Source of the DNA: Narcine bancroftii
Taxonomy: Eukaryota
DNA length: 64,000 bases
Reading direction: 5' to 3'
Assembly: GCF_036971445.1 (NCBI RefSeq)
Contig: NC_091476.1
Location: 7,812,001-7,876,000 of the forward strand
Shown: piece by piece, positions 1 to 12,899 of the stretch
Layout of the letters: each line of letters begins with the position of its first letter
Position numbering within the stretch: the stretch's first letter is position 1
Translations under genes and position numbers: made by a program
The notes under the pieces: model-generated
What the model was told of the DNA's origin: nothing
The model's database searches: none
What the model saw: only the letters and a program-made list of their open reading frames with translations

Positions 1-1120
1 AAGTTGTTCTCCCCAAGCTAGTTCCATTTGCTTGTTTTAGCACCTATTCCTTTTATCCTTTCCTATCTGTCTCAAAGTATTTCCTTTTAAATATTTTTAT
101 TGAGTTTAACATACGAGCATACATAAAAAAATTGACAATTACATAATAATTAATTTGTATACAGTGAACACACATTGAAAAAATGTTTAAAGTATATAAA
201 ATTAAATCAATAGTTACTTGTAATGCCTTGAACTATTGATAAAATGATGTATGCAGCCACGCCAAACCATTTGATGAAATATTTGATAAAATAATAAAGG
301 AGAAAAAAAAAGAAAAAACCTACAAATACTACAACTAAAGTAATCTAATCTAACCCCTCCCTCTAATCAAGGTGACCTCAATGCTTAATATTTTTTTTAA
401 GCATTTAACCAGTGATGGTCACTGGTGACCATCGGACAGTGGGCAAAGAATCACCAGAACCTACAATCATTATTAATTCATCCAATTATAAAAAATTTTT
501 AAGAATGAATTGAAACTTTCTATCTTTAATACATCTAATTTTCTCTAAACTTAAATAGGATATTATGTCATAAAACCACTGTGCATGAGTAGGGGATGAA
601 TCACCTTTCCATTTCAATAAAATTGCTCATCTGGCTATCAATGTGGTAAAAGCTAAAACCTTTTCCTGAGATGCCGATAAAAATTTATAATTTGGAACCT
701 GTTTTGTTCTGTTTAGTTTTTCTCATGATCCAGATAAACTTTTAATCAGCATCTCAAAGTCTTTCAAACATTACAATTGTACTCACCTACCATTTCCTCT
801 GGCAGCTCATTCCATATGCCCACTACCAGTTGAATGGAAAAAGTTGGCCTTCAGGATCCTTTTTAAATCTTTTCCTTTTCATCTTAAATCTGTGCCCTCT
901 AATTTTAAATTCCCCTGCCTTGGGGGAAAAAACTATTTGGTTTATCTATGTCCTTCATAATCGTATAATCTATTATAAGCCCCAGCATCCCCTCCTTACA
1001 CTGCCATGCTTCAGGGAGAAAAGTCACGGCCTATCCAGCCTCTCCTTAGAATTCAAGTCCACTAACCCCAATAACATTTTCTGCACTCTTTCCAGCTTAA
1101 TGATATCTTTCCAGTGGGTT
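1..1120 (-). mobile_element. CR1-clade LINE 3' remnant, interrupted by an L1 insertion at 79-751
   Basis: Reverse-oriented CR1 3' motifs (ctctggcagctcattcc, ttcagggagaaaagt, tccagcctctcc) that match other CR1 copies in the window. The sequence reads through once 79-760 is removed. Confidence 0.75.
79..751 (-). mobile_element. L1-clade LINE 3' fragment (ORF2 C-terminus plus AT-rich 3' UTR) with 9-bp TSD
   Basis: The minus strand reads VLAFTTLIAR*AILLKWKGDSSPTHAQWFYDIISYLSLEKIR, typical of fish L1 ORF2 ends. Direct repeat TCTCAAAGT at 70-78 and 752-760. Confidence 0.8.
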
Positions 1121-1819
1121 TCCCGAGATACTGTTTAAGTTTAAAATACAATCATGGCAGGTGCTCAGCTCTGCAATGAGAATATATTTTGCACAAAATA
1201 CTGTTCAGCTGCTATCGAAAGGAAATTTTAAAATTTCTTCATCAGTTCTATTGGGACATCTGCACTCAGTCATACGGAGAGATTAAGTTTGCAGCCTGTG
1301 ATGTTTTACCTTCAGGAAACCAAAATGGTGTGGCCATACTGAACTGCTTCTCCTTTCTAACATTGCTGGTATTAATGCATTTTATCAATCCCAGCAGAAC
1401 TCCAAATTTTGTTTTCATAAAAGAAGTCTTTGTTTGAATGCAATGTTAAATTATTGACACAGATGAATGTGCTTTTCTGAATTTGTAGTATCTCTTACAT
1501 GAAAAAACAAAGGATTGGGAGTTTCTCAGAAATGGCAATGAACCAGATGTCAGAAACGGGAATGGATGAGGTGCTGCGGCTATAATTCATCTAAGAGGCC
1601 TTCAACCAGTGCAAGAAAGCCAAAGATATTTAGGACTTGAATGTGCATGTGTGCAATCCCGATAGTTACACCCTCATGCTCAGCCACCCAGCATGTTCAG
1701 GGTCAATGGCAGGGCATTGTATTTGGATGAGGTTCTTGTCTCAGTTAACCTGGAGCTTCAGTAGCTGGTTAGCTCTTGAAGCAAGCAATAGAACCCTACA
1801 TTTATAAATCCACAACACC

Positions 1820-2250
1820 GTAAGAATGGCAGAGAGGATCAAAAGGGTCTCCTTCCACTCCCTCTGTGCACCCTGCTCCCACACTTGCCATCGACATGAT
1901 CTACCAGATCTTTGTCTGAAGAGGGCACACAAAATCATTGAGGACCTCTTCCAACCTGCACACAGTGTCTTTCAGCTGGTCCCGTTGGGAATGAGATACA
2001 GAAGTATCAGACCCAGCACCACCAGGCTGAGAAACCACTTCCCAAGGGCAGTGAGAATGCTGGATGACCAAATAAAACAAAATCTATCTATTTATTTATT
2101 TATTTATTTTAAATACTTGTGCCGCATATGTATTGTTTGTCTGCATGTTATGTCTTGTTGTGTGTCTGCACGTTTTTGCACCAAGGACCAGAGAACACAA
2201 TTTTGTCGGGTTGTACTTGTGCACTCAGATGATTATAAACTTGTCTTGAT
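1820..2250 (+). mobile_element. Rex1/Babar-type LINE 3' fragment
   Basis: RAHKIIEDLFQPAHSVFQLVPLGMRYRSIRPSTTRLRNHFPRAVRML, then a 3' UTR ending ataaacttgtcttga. Confidence 0.75.
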
Positions 2251-2444
2251 TTCCCATGGGATTTTTGTTGAAAAAGGACAGAGTCAATATCATAATTTAG
2301 AGATACCATCTATTTCCTTGGCAGGTGTATGAAATGGAAATGGTGTTGCAAGATCTTTCAAGATGGCAGCCTCTGAATTTCCTCCTAAATCTCTCTGCCA
2401 CCAGTACACTCTTCCTCCCTTTAAGGAATTTCTTACCATACCCC

Positions 2445-2655
2445 TCCAGCAGCTAGTGGAGGTGCTGACTCTCAACAGTCGCAACTCTGAGTTCAACCAA
2501 AACCTTGATGGTTGTCCATTTGGAGTTGGCATGCTCTCCCTGGGGCTGCATGAGTTTCGTCAGGGTGCTCGGATTTCCACCTATATTCCAAAGACACATT
2601 GGTTGGTGGTATAATTTGCCCACTGTAAATTGTGCCTGTGGTGCAGCTGAGTGGG
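2445..2655 (+). mobile_element. Old tRNA-derived SINE (HE1/V-SINE-like)
   Basis: Degenerate match to the central region of the SINE copies at 30032 and 39968 (tggagttggcatgctctccc...gggtgctcggatttcc...ccaaagac). Confidence 0.6.
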
Positions 2656-2699
2656 TGTAATTCTTTCCTCTAACTCTGTCTCCTTTCTTCCAACTTTGC

Positions 2700-2960
2700 A
2701 TTCACAGTTACTCCCTCCCCAATCAACTTAACCTTTCACCTCCTGTCTTATCCATGTGCAATTATCACCTTTGGTCTGCGGCCTGTGCTTCTCCCCTTGC
2801 CCTTTCCTCCCTTCTCACCCAGCCCTTTTATTCAGGTTCCTGCCTGCTTTCTCCTCGTACCTTGATGAAGGGTTCTGATCCAAAATGTTGGTTCGACATC
2901 TTTACCTCCTATGGATGCTGTGAGGCCTGCTAAATTCCTCCCGCATTTTTGGATTTTTCT
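2700..2960 (+). mobile_element. Penelope-like element terminal remnant
   Basis: Pyrimidine-rich tract followed by cttgatgaaggg...aaaatgttgg...gatgctg...cctgctaaattcctcc, homologous to the end of the GIY-YIG copy at 19124-19880. Confidence 0.65.
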
Positions 2961-3514
2961 CTACCTCCATGAGACACATTTTGGTGAACACCCTTGTCAA
3001 ACCTTATTGATGATTGCTCCTATGGTACATTTTGGAATGAGTTAGTGAAAGGCGCCACTTAAATATACATTTTTATTGTTGCAAAGCATGAATGGATTGA
3101 ATTTGGCTTTGAGAGAAAATAAATGGCAGTGCTTGAGGAAAAGAATTAAAATGACAGACTTAGCCAAACAAATGGACCAGAGTGTCTGAAGAATCTACCT
3201 GAAGACCTCTGCTGTTTTTGTTATACGTACTGTACTTGGCTCAGATCACTTTTGATGATATTATTGTGCTGAGTGCTAGTAAGGAGGCCATTCCAAAGAA
3301 GGACATGGACATAGGTCACTATCTATTTCATCTCTATGTATGTCTATATTATGCACTGCCATTTATATTAAACGGTATTGCAAAACATCAAATGCAAACA
3401 AACTGAGTGTGTGGGGGTGTGTCTATTTAGTAACCTATGACCATATTCTCTTTTGGAATAGCCACCCAAATTGCTGGGATTAATAGGGTTAAGATGAGAT
3501 ACATTATATCTCCC

Positions 3515-3800
3515 TTGTGCAAAATAAAAGCACATTTAGGAGAAATGTTAGATAATGCTTCTTCACTCAGAGAGTGGTGGCAGAATGGAATGATCTTCCA
3601 GAGGAGATAGTTGTGGCAGGGTCCTTTCTGTCTTTTAAGGGAAGGTTGGATGTGTACCTGGATATGAGGGGGTTGGAGGGTTATGGATGGAGAGTGGGAG
3701 GGGGAACTAGTGAAGTTATTCAAGTGAAGAGGCGTGGACTCGAAGGGCCGATATGGCCTGTTTCCGCGCTGTAAACTGTAATATGGTTATATGTTATATG
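3515..3800 (+). mobile_element. CR1 LINE 3' end
   Basis: FFTQRVVAEWNDLPEEIVVAG...FKGRLDVYLD, then the tail gggccgatatggcctgtttccgcgctgtaa. Confidence 0.85.
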
Positions 3801-5084
3801 TACTCAATTGAAGGGATTAAGCTTGCCAGGGGAAATTGGAAGATGCCTCTGGAATTAGTTGGGTTATCCTTCAGCTTGTCAAAAGGTCCAAGGCTGCATT
3901 AACCAAAGTGAGCAAAATGCTGCTTTTTATTAGCAGATCAGTTAAATATAAATCTCAAGAATTTGTGAAAGCATACAGCATCCTTGTCCATATCTGGATT
4001 TTCATAAGGATTCCTAGCATCAGTGACATGCAAAGGACTTGAACATTTGCTAATGGTGCTGAGGAGAATGTCCACACCAATCTAAGAAACCAGAAGAATA
4101 ACTTGGTTAATTAGGGCTATTCTCGTGGACAATGCCCTTCCACAGAGACGAGAGTATTCGAGTAGCTTGACAAGAAAGTACAAGTTCAAAGATGAGGAAC
4201 AAGTTTAAAGCCCGTGGCCATAGTTGCTTACGTGGAAAGAGACCAACAAGTGGATTAATGGCTGATCAATAGAATAACATCAGGTCTCTATGGGAAAATG
4301 GGCAATGGAATTGACAGATTGAATGCAAAACTGAAAAGTAGAGATCAAATAGGCCTGAAACTTTTCTAGTTGAATCAGTTAAACACTGAAATTGTTGGGC
4401 TGAAATTTTCCTTCAGATTTTTCTATTCATTAGATAAAAGAGTTCTGACAGGCTCTCTTAAAATCCTTTTACCTTCAGTAATGTGGTTATGACATTCATC
4501 AACTGGGAGGAACAAAGTGAAATGGTGTGGTGGGGAAGGGAAAATATAAGAACAGATTAATGTCTGCAATACAGGCTCTCAATAATAGAAATCAAAGGAA
4601 AAAAAAAGTCTCTTCCCAATTCACTTCAACAGTGTTGAAATCTCAGAGAGTAAATGAAAATTGACTAGGGATTCAGGTGGTATTGGGTTGGCGTCAGGGA
4701 GAGTCACATATACAAGTGAACCCCTCCCGGAGCCAGCACACCAAGGCAACCATGAAGAAGGCACACCATTGCCTCTCCTCTCCAGGGAGACTGAGGAGAT
4801 TTGGCTTTGGCAAGCTAATATTTCCTTCTAAAAAGCACTTGGTGACCCATATGATTTTTTAAAACAATTTGGTCATTTCAAAGTCACCATAAAATTCATT
4901 CCATCTTTATTTAAAAATTTCCATTTACCAGAGGTAATAATCACTCAGGTTTCAATAATTTAAGCGACTGGATACCAAGACCAATAACATAACCATTAAA
5001 CTCTCAAGCTGCACCCTGCTATGTGCTTTGCTCCTCAGAAATCCAAAGTTATAATTTAATCTTAATTACCCTTTAAAAAGGAGC

Positions 5085-5835
5085 TGACTATTGACTTCAG
5101 GAGGGGCAAACCAGAGGTGCATCATCTAGTGATCATTGGGGAATTAGAAGAGGAGAGGGTGAGCAAATTTATGTTCTTGCGAGTCACCATCTTCGAGGAT
5201 CTTTCCTGGCCCAAACACACTAATGGCATCATGAAGAAAGCACTTCAGTGCCTCTACTTTGTGGCAGTCTGATATGGCAAACTTTTACAGAAGAGTGGTG
5301 GAAAGTGCACTGACCGGCTGCCTATGGTCTGGTATGGGGACATCAATACTCCGGAGCGTAAAGCACTGCAAAAGATAATCACAGCCCAGGACATCACAGG
5401 CAAAACCCTTCCCACCATCAAGAACATGGTACAGAGAACGCTGCTGTCAGAAAGCAGTAGCAATCATCAAGGATTCACACCACCCAGCACATGCTCTGTT
5501 CTCGCTGCTACGATCAGGAAAGAGGTATCGGTGCCACAAGACTTACATCACCAGGTTCAGGAAGAGCTGCTACCCCTCCACCATCAGATTCCTCAACAAT
5601 ATACTCCATCAGGGACTCATTTAAGGACACTTACTTTTGGACTTTATTGATTTCATTTTTATCTGTATTGCAGTCAGTTTGTTTATATTTCTTTGTTTAC
5701 ATATACACGCATCTTCTTGAGTACAATTCTTTGCACTTCCAATAAGTGGTCGTTCTGCCTCGTCCACAGGAAAAGGAATCTCAGGGTTGTATGTGATGTC
5801 ATGTATGTAGTCTGACAATAAATCTGAACTTTGAA
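5085..5835 (+). mobile_element. Rex1/Babar-type LINE 3' fragment
   Basis: ELTIDFRRG...FMFLRVTI...VWYGDINTPERKALQKIITAQDITGKTLP; the tail ends gacaataaatctgaactttga. Confidence 0.85.
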
Positions 5836-6314
5836 TTTGGAACTAACTATTTGCTAATGAACCAGCTTGACGAGCTATTCAGTTTCATCAAACTGCTATG
5901 TTAAAATAAGGATTAAACCAGGAAAGACCACTTCGCAACAACTTTGGCCCTAGATTTAGACACAGCAGAGAAGCCTGCAATCCACAAAACTTCTCCTTAT
6001 CAGCACTGGTGTCTAACTTTAGAGACTTGTTCTACTGATTAATGAGGCAGCAGCTTGTTATAGTTATACTCAGGTAATCATCCTTAATATACATTCCCAG
6101 GCTACTCACCATGATTCTCAGGTACAGTTTGTTCCACCAGGAGCATCAAGATGGTACATCATTAGGAAAGCAAAATACTCTGAGTCCTCAATGGTGACTC
6201 CACATCCATGAAGCCTCAGGTTCTTTGGCTGAGGCAATGGTTCTTCAGGGCAGAATCCTAAACCCAACCATCTTCACATCAACAAAAACTCATTGCAATT
6301 CCTGCAATGTCCAT

Positions 6315-6475
6315 AGGACGAAAAGGTATAAAGCCAACTTTTTGGGCTTGAGCCCTTCACCAAGGCATATATCTTGACGAAGACCTTTGAACGCTGCGTG
6401 ACTTGTTGAGTTTCACCAGTACTTTTGTGCATTAACTACAATCATAGTATCTGCAAACTTTCTCGTTTCACTTAG
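6315..6475. mobile_element. Penelope-like terminal fragments in opposite orientations
   Basis: gggcttgagcccttcaccaagg (reverse of the ttgatgaagggctcaagccc motif) lies next to forward cttgacgaag...gttgagtttcaccag. Confidence 0.55.
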
Positions 6476-6572
6476 TTCATTGCAGAGTACCTTCAGAAAA
6501 AGTTGGCACAACATACTGGCTGAAGGCCCTATATCCTGTGCTGTTGTGTTTTATGCTCTATGTTATTTGCAA

Positions 6573-6705
6573 TTTTCCCCTGCAGCCGCTGCAACCGTGT
6601 CTGCCTGTCCCACATCGGACTTGTCAGCCACAAACGAGCCTGCAGCTGACGTGGACTTTTACCCCCTCCATAAATCTTCGTCCGCGAAGCCAAGCCAAAG
6701 AAAAG
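6573..6705 (+). mobile_element. RTE-clade LINE (AviRTE-like), 5'-truncated 3' end, 8-bp TSD
   Basis: Near-identical to the 3' end of the copy at 32788-33480. TSD ATTTGCAA at 6565-6572 and 6706-6713. Confidence 0.9.
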
Positions 6706-8129
6706 ATTTGCAACATGGAGGTATGCAAGCTGGGTATTGCAGTGGTAATTTTGTCTTATATTGCCCAATCATTATCATACATTTTTTTCAATTTTCCTTT
6801 TGCTATCAAATGGAATGCAAGGTTTCAAATTAAAATATAATAATAGTTTATTTTAATTTGAAGTTGAATTTTAATTTTCAAAGAGGAAGCTCAATTTAAG
6901 TGAACAAGTTATTAGTTCAATTCAACGAGCCTTCATTAACTAATCTTTACTCATATGTGTACAAAAGACCAATTCAAGCTGAGAGGTTGAGATTAATGTT
7001 ATCAATTGTATTGGAAACAAGCAATGGACTCGGCAGCACATTTTGGAATGGATGTTGGAAACTGAAGCGAATGAATCCACACTATTGTCATTCAAGCATA
7101 AGTTAATAATTTCTCTGAATTTGTTGTGACCTTGTGAGTTGTGTGAGAAGCAAAGTAATAATTTTGAAATTTAATTTTTGGGGAAAAATTCCTCAAGGGA
7201 TAGATCAAAAGTGTGAAAAGCAAAAAAAAAAGGAGTAAATTCTTTTTGAATTAAATATAGCTGTTACCAGAGGACAAAGGGCTAAATTAAAATTAGAACT
7301 TAAATTTCTCCTAAGAAATAAAACAAAGGGGTATGCTCTCGGCCCAGCATCAAGTAACATTCAGATTATTTCTGGCACCAAATAGCACTGGAATAATAAA
7401 CTGCATTCATAGTGTTGTGCAACATGACCTCCTCAGCTGAGAAAAAGGGAAACTGAAACCTACCAAATACATCAATTAACACCTGTTTAACAGCAAATCA
7501 CACAAAAATCAATTTAACCCAGAGTAGGCTGGACGATTGATGATTTCCAAGTTGACCATGGCTATCACAAAATTGTACCCATTGCAAAATTAGACTGGGC
7601 ATTTCCACTTGCTATTTATATGAGTGAGTTTGATATTTTTCCAACCTGATTCACATAGTAAATTACATTTCTCTTTCAAAACCATTGATTTCCATCCTTA
7701 CTGACATTCAAACTCAAGGTGTAACCTGTCATTGCTTGGAGTAGGTAAGTGCAACATTGGATTTTATATATTTTTTTGCTTATATCACTACTTCAAGACA
7801 TCATTATATCTTGATTGGCATTGTCTGACCTGACTTGACAGCTTTGGAATTTACTCCCTTGTTCATTTACCTCCAAAAATTGGATACCTTTCATGTGTTA
7901 ACAGTGCAGGAAAGGGGCTTTCATTTCATGATGTCTGCACCGGACATGATGCCAAATTAAACTAAATCGTTGCTGTTTGAGAGAAAGGGATGTGGAAGAG
8001 AACATGGAGCTACTGAAAGTAGTCAAGGTAAGAATTACTTTAAGAATTGGCTGATTATAATAAAAAAGAAACAGAAAATAAATTGAAACAACCTGTGTCA
8101 GGATTATATTAAAAATTATTACCTGGATT

Positions 8130-8680
8130 TGTTACATTCACTATTAAGTCCCAGAGACCTGTATCATAGCCAGACAGAAGATGAAGTGTTGTTGCTTGGA
8201 CCAAAGACAGAGTTCAGAATGGAAGTGGGACTGAAAATGAAAGTGCAGGCAGACTGGAAGCTCAGTGTTGTCCTTGTAAACTTCACCAAGGTATTGTACA
8301 AAGCAGTCACCCAATATGTGTTTGATTTCTCTAATGCAGAGGAGACCTTATTGGGGGCACCAAATGCAAATTATTGCTTCATCTCCAAGGATTGTTTAGG
8401 CCACTGAATGATGGAAAGGAAATTTGTACAAGGGCAGGGATTGCATCTCTTATGTTTCGATGGAGAAATGGCATGGGAGGGGATTAAATGGTGGAAAAGG
8501 AAGGATAGACTGGGGATAGTCACAGTGGGTAACAATTGGTTTGGAATATTGAAAGGGGAAGAGAGAGGAAGATATATTTCATGGTGGAATCCCATTAGAG
8601 ATAGTAGGAATTATGGAGGGTGACCTGCTGAATATAGAAGGTGATAACACTGGAAACCTTATCATTGTTATATCTGAGAT
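8130..8680 (-). mobile_element. Old Penelope-like element fragment (Cys-rich linker and GIY-YIG region)
   Basis: Minus strand SPSKHKRCNPCPCTNFLSIIQWPKQSLEMKQ parallels GTYPCDCRSFSACTHTSSLTIIQGSKQPF at 19130. Confidence 0.65.
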
Positions 8681-8684
8681 AAGA

Positions 8685-9035
8685 TTTCAGATTTATTGTC
8701 GAGGAGTCTGATGGTGGAGGGGTAGCAGCTGTTCCTGAACATGATGGTGCGAGTCTTGTGGCATCTAGACCTCTTTCCTGATGGCAGTAGCGAGAACAGA
8801 GCGTGTAGTGGGTGGTGAGGGTCTGATGATTGCTGCTGCTCTCCGATGGCACCATTCCCTGTAGATGTTCTCGATGGTGGGGAGAGTTTTGTCTGTGATG
8901 TCCTGAGCTGTGACCACTACCTTTTTAAGGGCTTAATGTCAGGAGTATTGGTATCCCCATACCAGGCTGTGATGCAGCTGGTCAGCATATTTTCCACCAC
9001 TCAACTGTAGAAATTTGCCAGTGTTTCCGATGCCT
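8685..9035 (-). mobile_element. Rex1/Babar-type LINE 3' fragment
   Basis: Reverse match to 5280-5835 (gaggagtctgatggtggaggggtagcagctgttcctgaac). Confidence 0.8.
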
Positions 9036-9067
9036 TCTTTTTTTATTTTTTATTTAATTTATTTATT

Positions 9068-9123
9068 TGCCGGTTGCTTGAGGCTGCCAGTTGCTTGAAT
9101 TCTGGATACCAGGGATTTTACTG
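9068..9123. mobile_element. Tc1/mariner (Tigger-like) MITE terminal fragment
   Basis: ccggttgcttga...gttgcttgaattctggataccagggattttactg; a second related end at about 58759-58808. Family assignment is from recollection. Confidence 0.45.
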
Positions 9124-9179
9124 CAATGACATAAAGATATAATTTAAAATACTGTATATGAATATTTTGGAATAATTTT

Positions 9180-9430
9180 CTCAGTTACAGGATACTGTTC
9201 ATCAATCCCACAGCTGGAGGGAAGAAGCTATTTCCTAGCCTGGCAGTTCTGATTTTGATACTCCTGTACCACCTTGATGGTAATGGACTAAAATAATGTC
9301 TGCTGGATGGAAAGGCCCCTCGTTAATTCTTTCAAGTCCTATCAATACTCCCAACAAACCTCATTAATAGAGGTAAGGGAGACCCCCGTGACCTTCTTGG
9401 CCACTTTGATGATCCTCTGTATTGACTTTC
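9180..9430 (-). mobile_element. Rex1/Babar-type LINE fragment
   Basis: Minus strand IQRIIKVAKKVTGVSLTSINEVCWEY. Confidence 0.7.
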
Positions 9431-10524
9431 TTGACTCGTGGCCTCTCTTGGCCTGTTTCCTGGGTAGAGAAGGTGATCTCAGCCAGCTCTGTCTTTCTGG
9501 AATAGGTTTGCATGAAGGGTGGGCACCACTAGAAACAGGGTTGGGCAATGGACCAAGTTCAGGACAAACTGGTCCCATTTAGTGCTATAACTTCTCCGTG
9601 CGCAATCACAGAACAAGTTCTAAGACTCAAAAGCAATCCATACACATCTGTGTAGCATGTGGTGCTGTTCGCTTGAGGGATATTAACAATGATGTGATTT
9701 TTTAAAAAATTAGACTTACCTGCTAAATGTAAATAAAATATTATCAGATTTTTATTGTGGAAAATACATTGAACTATTAGATGTTTAAAATATGCAAAAT
9801 TAGCAAAAATGAACAGTTACTCTGCTATTTCATCCCAGTCAGAATATGTTTGAAATGAGCTTGAAACTTCCATTTGTCGACAATGAAAATTAATTAAATA
9901 TGTTACAGCAAACACCTGACAAATGACTAATACTTTCAACTTGAAATGTAGCATATGTCCTTCCAGTAATTGCATAAGGTTGGACAAACTGCACAAGTAA
10001 TTTGTTCCATTGACTGACATGAACTGCTTTTTAAAACCATTAAATTCAAATATTCCTCAATTAAAAATCCACAGGCATAACAAAATAAAGACAAGTTTAT
10101 ACCTGAAATGTTCATAAATATTCCTGAGTATTCTTCCCTTGACTTGGTGGAGAGAGAGAGAAATGGTTCTGTCAGTCACGTCGACTCAAGGTTGAGGAAG
10201 TCCTGAACCCAATGAGAGCTTCATTAAATGATCCAAACTACAGATGTGTGGTAGAAAGTGTGCTGACCAGCTACACCACAGTCTGGCATGGGGAACACCA
10301 AACCCCGAGTGTAAAGCCCTGCGAAATGTAGTGGACGCAGCCCAGTACATCACAGGCAAAACCCTTCTCCAGCATCATGAACGTCTAAGGGGAACACTGC
10401 CATCAGAGAGCAGCAGTTCCTTTGGTCGTTCAGCATTCTTACTGCACGTGGGAAGAAGCCTGGTGGTGCTGGCTCTGATACTCCTGTACCTCTTCCCCAA
10501 CCCGAGTAGCTGAAAGATGCTGAG

Positions 10525-12125
10525 TGAGGCTGGTCGATGTGGAGATTAAGAGGAAGTGTTGGATCTTCTTAAAATACATTAAGATTGATAAGTTCCCGGG
10601 TCCGGATGCGATATGCCCCAGACTGCTGGGGGAAGTGAGGGAAGAGATAGCTGGGGCAGTAGCTATGATCTTTCAATCCTCTTTGGCCACAGGGAGGTGC
10701 TGGAGGACTGGAGAATGCAAAATGTAATCCCCTTGTTTAAAAAAAGATAATAGGGAGAATCCTGGGAATTATAGACCAGTGAGTCTTACATCAGTGGTGT
10801 ACAAACTATTGGAGAGGATTCTTAAGGATAGCATCTGTGAACATTTGGAGAAGTTCAGTCTACTCAAGGATAGTCAGCAGGGCTTTGTGAAGGGAAGGTC
10901 GTGCCTCACGAGCCTAATTGAGTTTTTTGAGGAGGTAACAAAATAAATTGATGAGGGTAGGCTGGTAGGTGTAGTCTATATAGATTTTAGCAAGGCATTT
11001 GAGAAGGTCCCCCATGAGAGAATCAATCAGAAAGTCATGAGGGATGGGATCCCTGGAACCTCGGCTGTGTAGATTAAAAATAGGCTTGCAGGTAAAAAGC
11101 AAAGAGTAGTAATGGAAGGGAAGTATTCTGCCTGGGTGTCAGTGACTAGTGGAGTACTGCAAGGATCTGATCTGGGACCCCCCTACTCTTTGTGATTTTT
11201 ATAAATGACCTGGATGAAGAGCGGAAGGATGGGTCAGTAAGTTTCTGGATGATATGAAAGTTGGAGGAGTTGTGGATGGAGCTGAAGATTGTTGAAGGTT
11301 ACAAGAGGATTTAGACAGGATGCAGAGTTGGGCAGAGAAGTGGCAAATGGAGTTCATTCTGGATAAGTGTGAGGTGATGCATTTTGGAAGGACAAACCAG
11401 AAGGCTGAGTACAGGGTTAATGGTCAGTTACTTAAGAGTGGGGATGAACAGAGAGACCTTGGGGTCCAAATCCATTTATCCCTCAAGGTCGCCATACAGG
11501 TTGATAACCTGTGGGATGCTATGATTCATTAATAGGGGGATTGATTTCAGGAGTAGAGAGGTCATGTTACATTTCTACAAATCTCTGGTGAGACCACACT
11601 GAGAGTATTGAGTTCAGTTCTGATCACTTCATTACAGAAAGGATGTGGAAGCTATTGAAAGGGTGCAGAGGAGATTTACCAGGAAGTTAACTGGATTGGA
11701 AAATAAGTCTTATGATGCAAGGTTAGCAGAGTTGGGACTTTTCTCTTTGGAGCATAGAAGGATGAGAAGAGACTTATTAGAGGTCCACAAGATTATGAAA
11801 CGCATAGATAGGGTGGACAGCCCAGTCCCTGTTTCCCAGAACAGGAATAGCAAACATCAGAGGAGATGTGCACAAAGTGAAGGGAAGGAAGTTTAAGGGA
11901 GACAAGAAGGGTAAGATTTTTATCCAAAGCTTTGTGAGTGCCTGGAATGTCTTGCTGGAGATGGTGGTTCAAGCTGAAACATTAGAGACATTTAAGAGAC
12001 TCTTAAGACAGGCACATGGATGGAAGAAAAATAGAGGGTTATGGGGTACAGAGGTTTGTCCTTTTTTAGGGAATGTATGGCACAGCATCAAGGGACGAAA
12101 GGCCTGTTGTGTTCTATGTTCTCTC
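10525..12125 (+). mobile_element. CR1 LINE, 5'-truncated, degenerate RT and 3' tail
   Basis: IKIDKFPGPDAICPRLL, MQSWAEKWQMEF...KCEVMHFGR, ERVQRRFTR; many stops and frameshifts. Confidence 0.92.
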
Positions 12126-12404
12126 TAATCATTGACCCTATTTCTGCCAAAAATGGGTCCCATAATGAGTCCACAGCTGGATTCAGCCACCAGTCACCAT
12201 GCAGTGTTGCACTGTAAGGCTTTGAACGCTGACAGAGCGCTATGCTTTGGTTATAGTATCTGTGGTTTGTGGTTTATTTTAAAATGCTCCTGAAGCTTAA
12301 TTTTATTTTCAATGAAGTTTCTCAAGGTTAACCAAATGAACAAGCATCCAACAAAAAAAAAACACTGGATGAGCTCAGCAGGTTGATGTTAACGTTGATG
12401 TCAT

Positions 12405-12899
12405 ACCTTGATGAAGGGCTCAAGCCTGAAATGTTGGTCATGTATCTTTACCTTTGCCATATAAAGTGCACCAAAGAAAAGGTACAAGGACGGCCTAAAG
12501 AAATCTCTTGGTGCCTGCCACATTGACCACCGCCAGTGGGCTGATATCGCCTCAAACCGTGCATCTTGGCGACTCACAGTTTGGCGGGCAGCAACCTCCT
12601 TTGAAGAAGACCGCAGAGCCCACCTCAATGACAAAAGGCAAAGGAGGAAAAACCCAACACCCAACCCCAACCAACCAATTTTCCCCTGCAACCGCTGCAA
12701 CCGTGTCTGCCTGTCCCGCATCGGACTTGTCAGCCACAAACGAGCCTGCAGCTGACGTGGACATTTACCCCCTCCATAAATCTTCGTCCGCGAAGCCAAG
12801 CCAAGAAGATAAAGTGCACTATTTAACCTGCTAAGTTTCCCCAGCTTTCTGTTTTTCTTTACTTCAATCGCAGTGTCTTCAGACTTTCGTGTCTTACTC
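12405..12899 (+). mobile_element. Penelope-like terminal fragment (hosts an RTE insertion), 13-bp TSD
   Basis: ccttgatgaagggctcaagcctgaaatgttgg...cctgctaagtttccccagc; flanked by ACGTTGATGTCAT (12392-12404) and ATGTTGATGTCAT (12900-12912). Confidence 0.7.
12472..12808 (+). mobile_element. RTE-clade LINE (AviRTE-like) 3' fragment, 11-bp TSD
   Basis: Encodes PKKRYKDGLKKSLGACHIDHRQW...FPCNRCNRVCLSRIGLVSHKRACS*. TSD ATAAAGTGCAC at 12461-12471 and 12809-12819. Confidence 0.92.
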
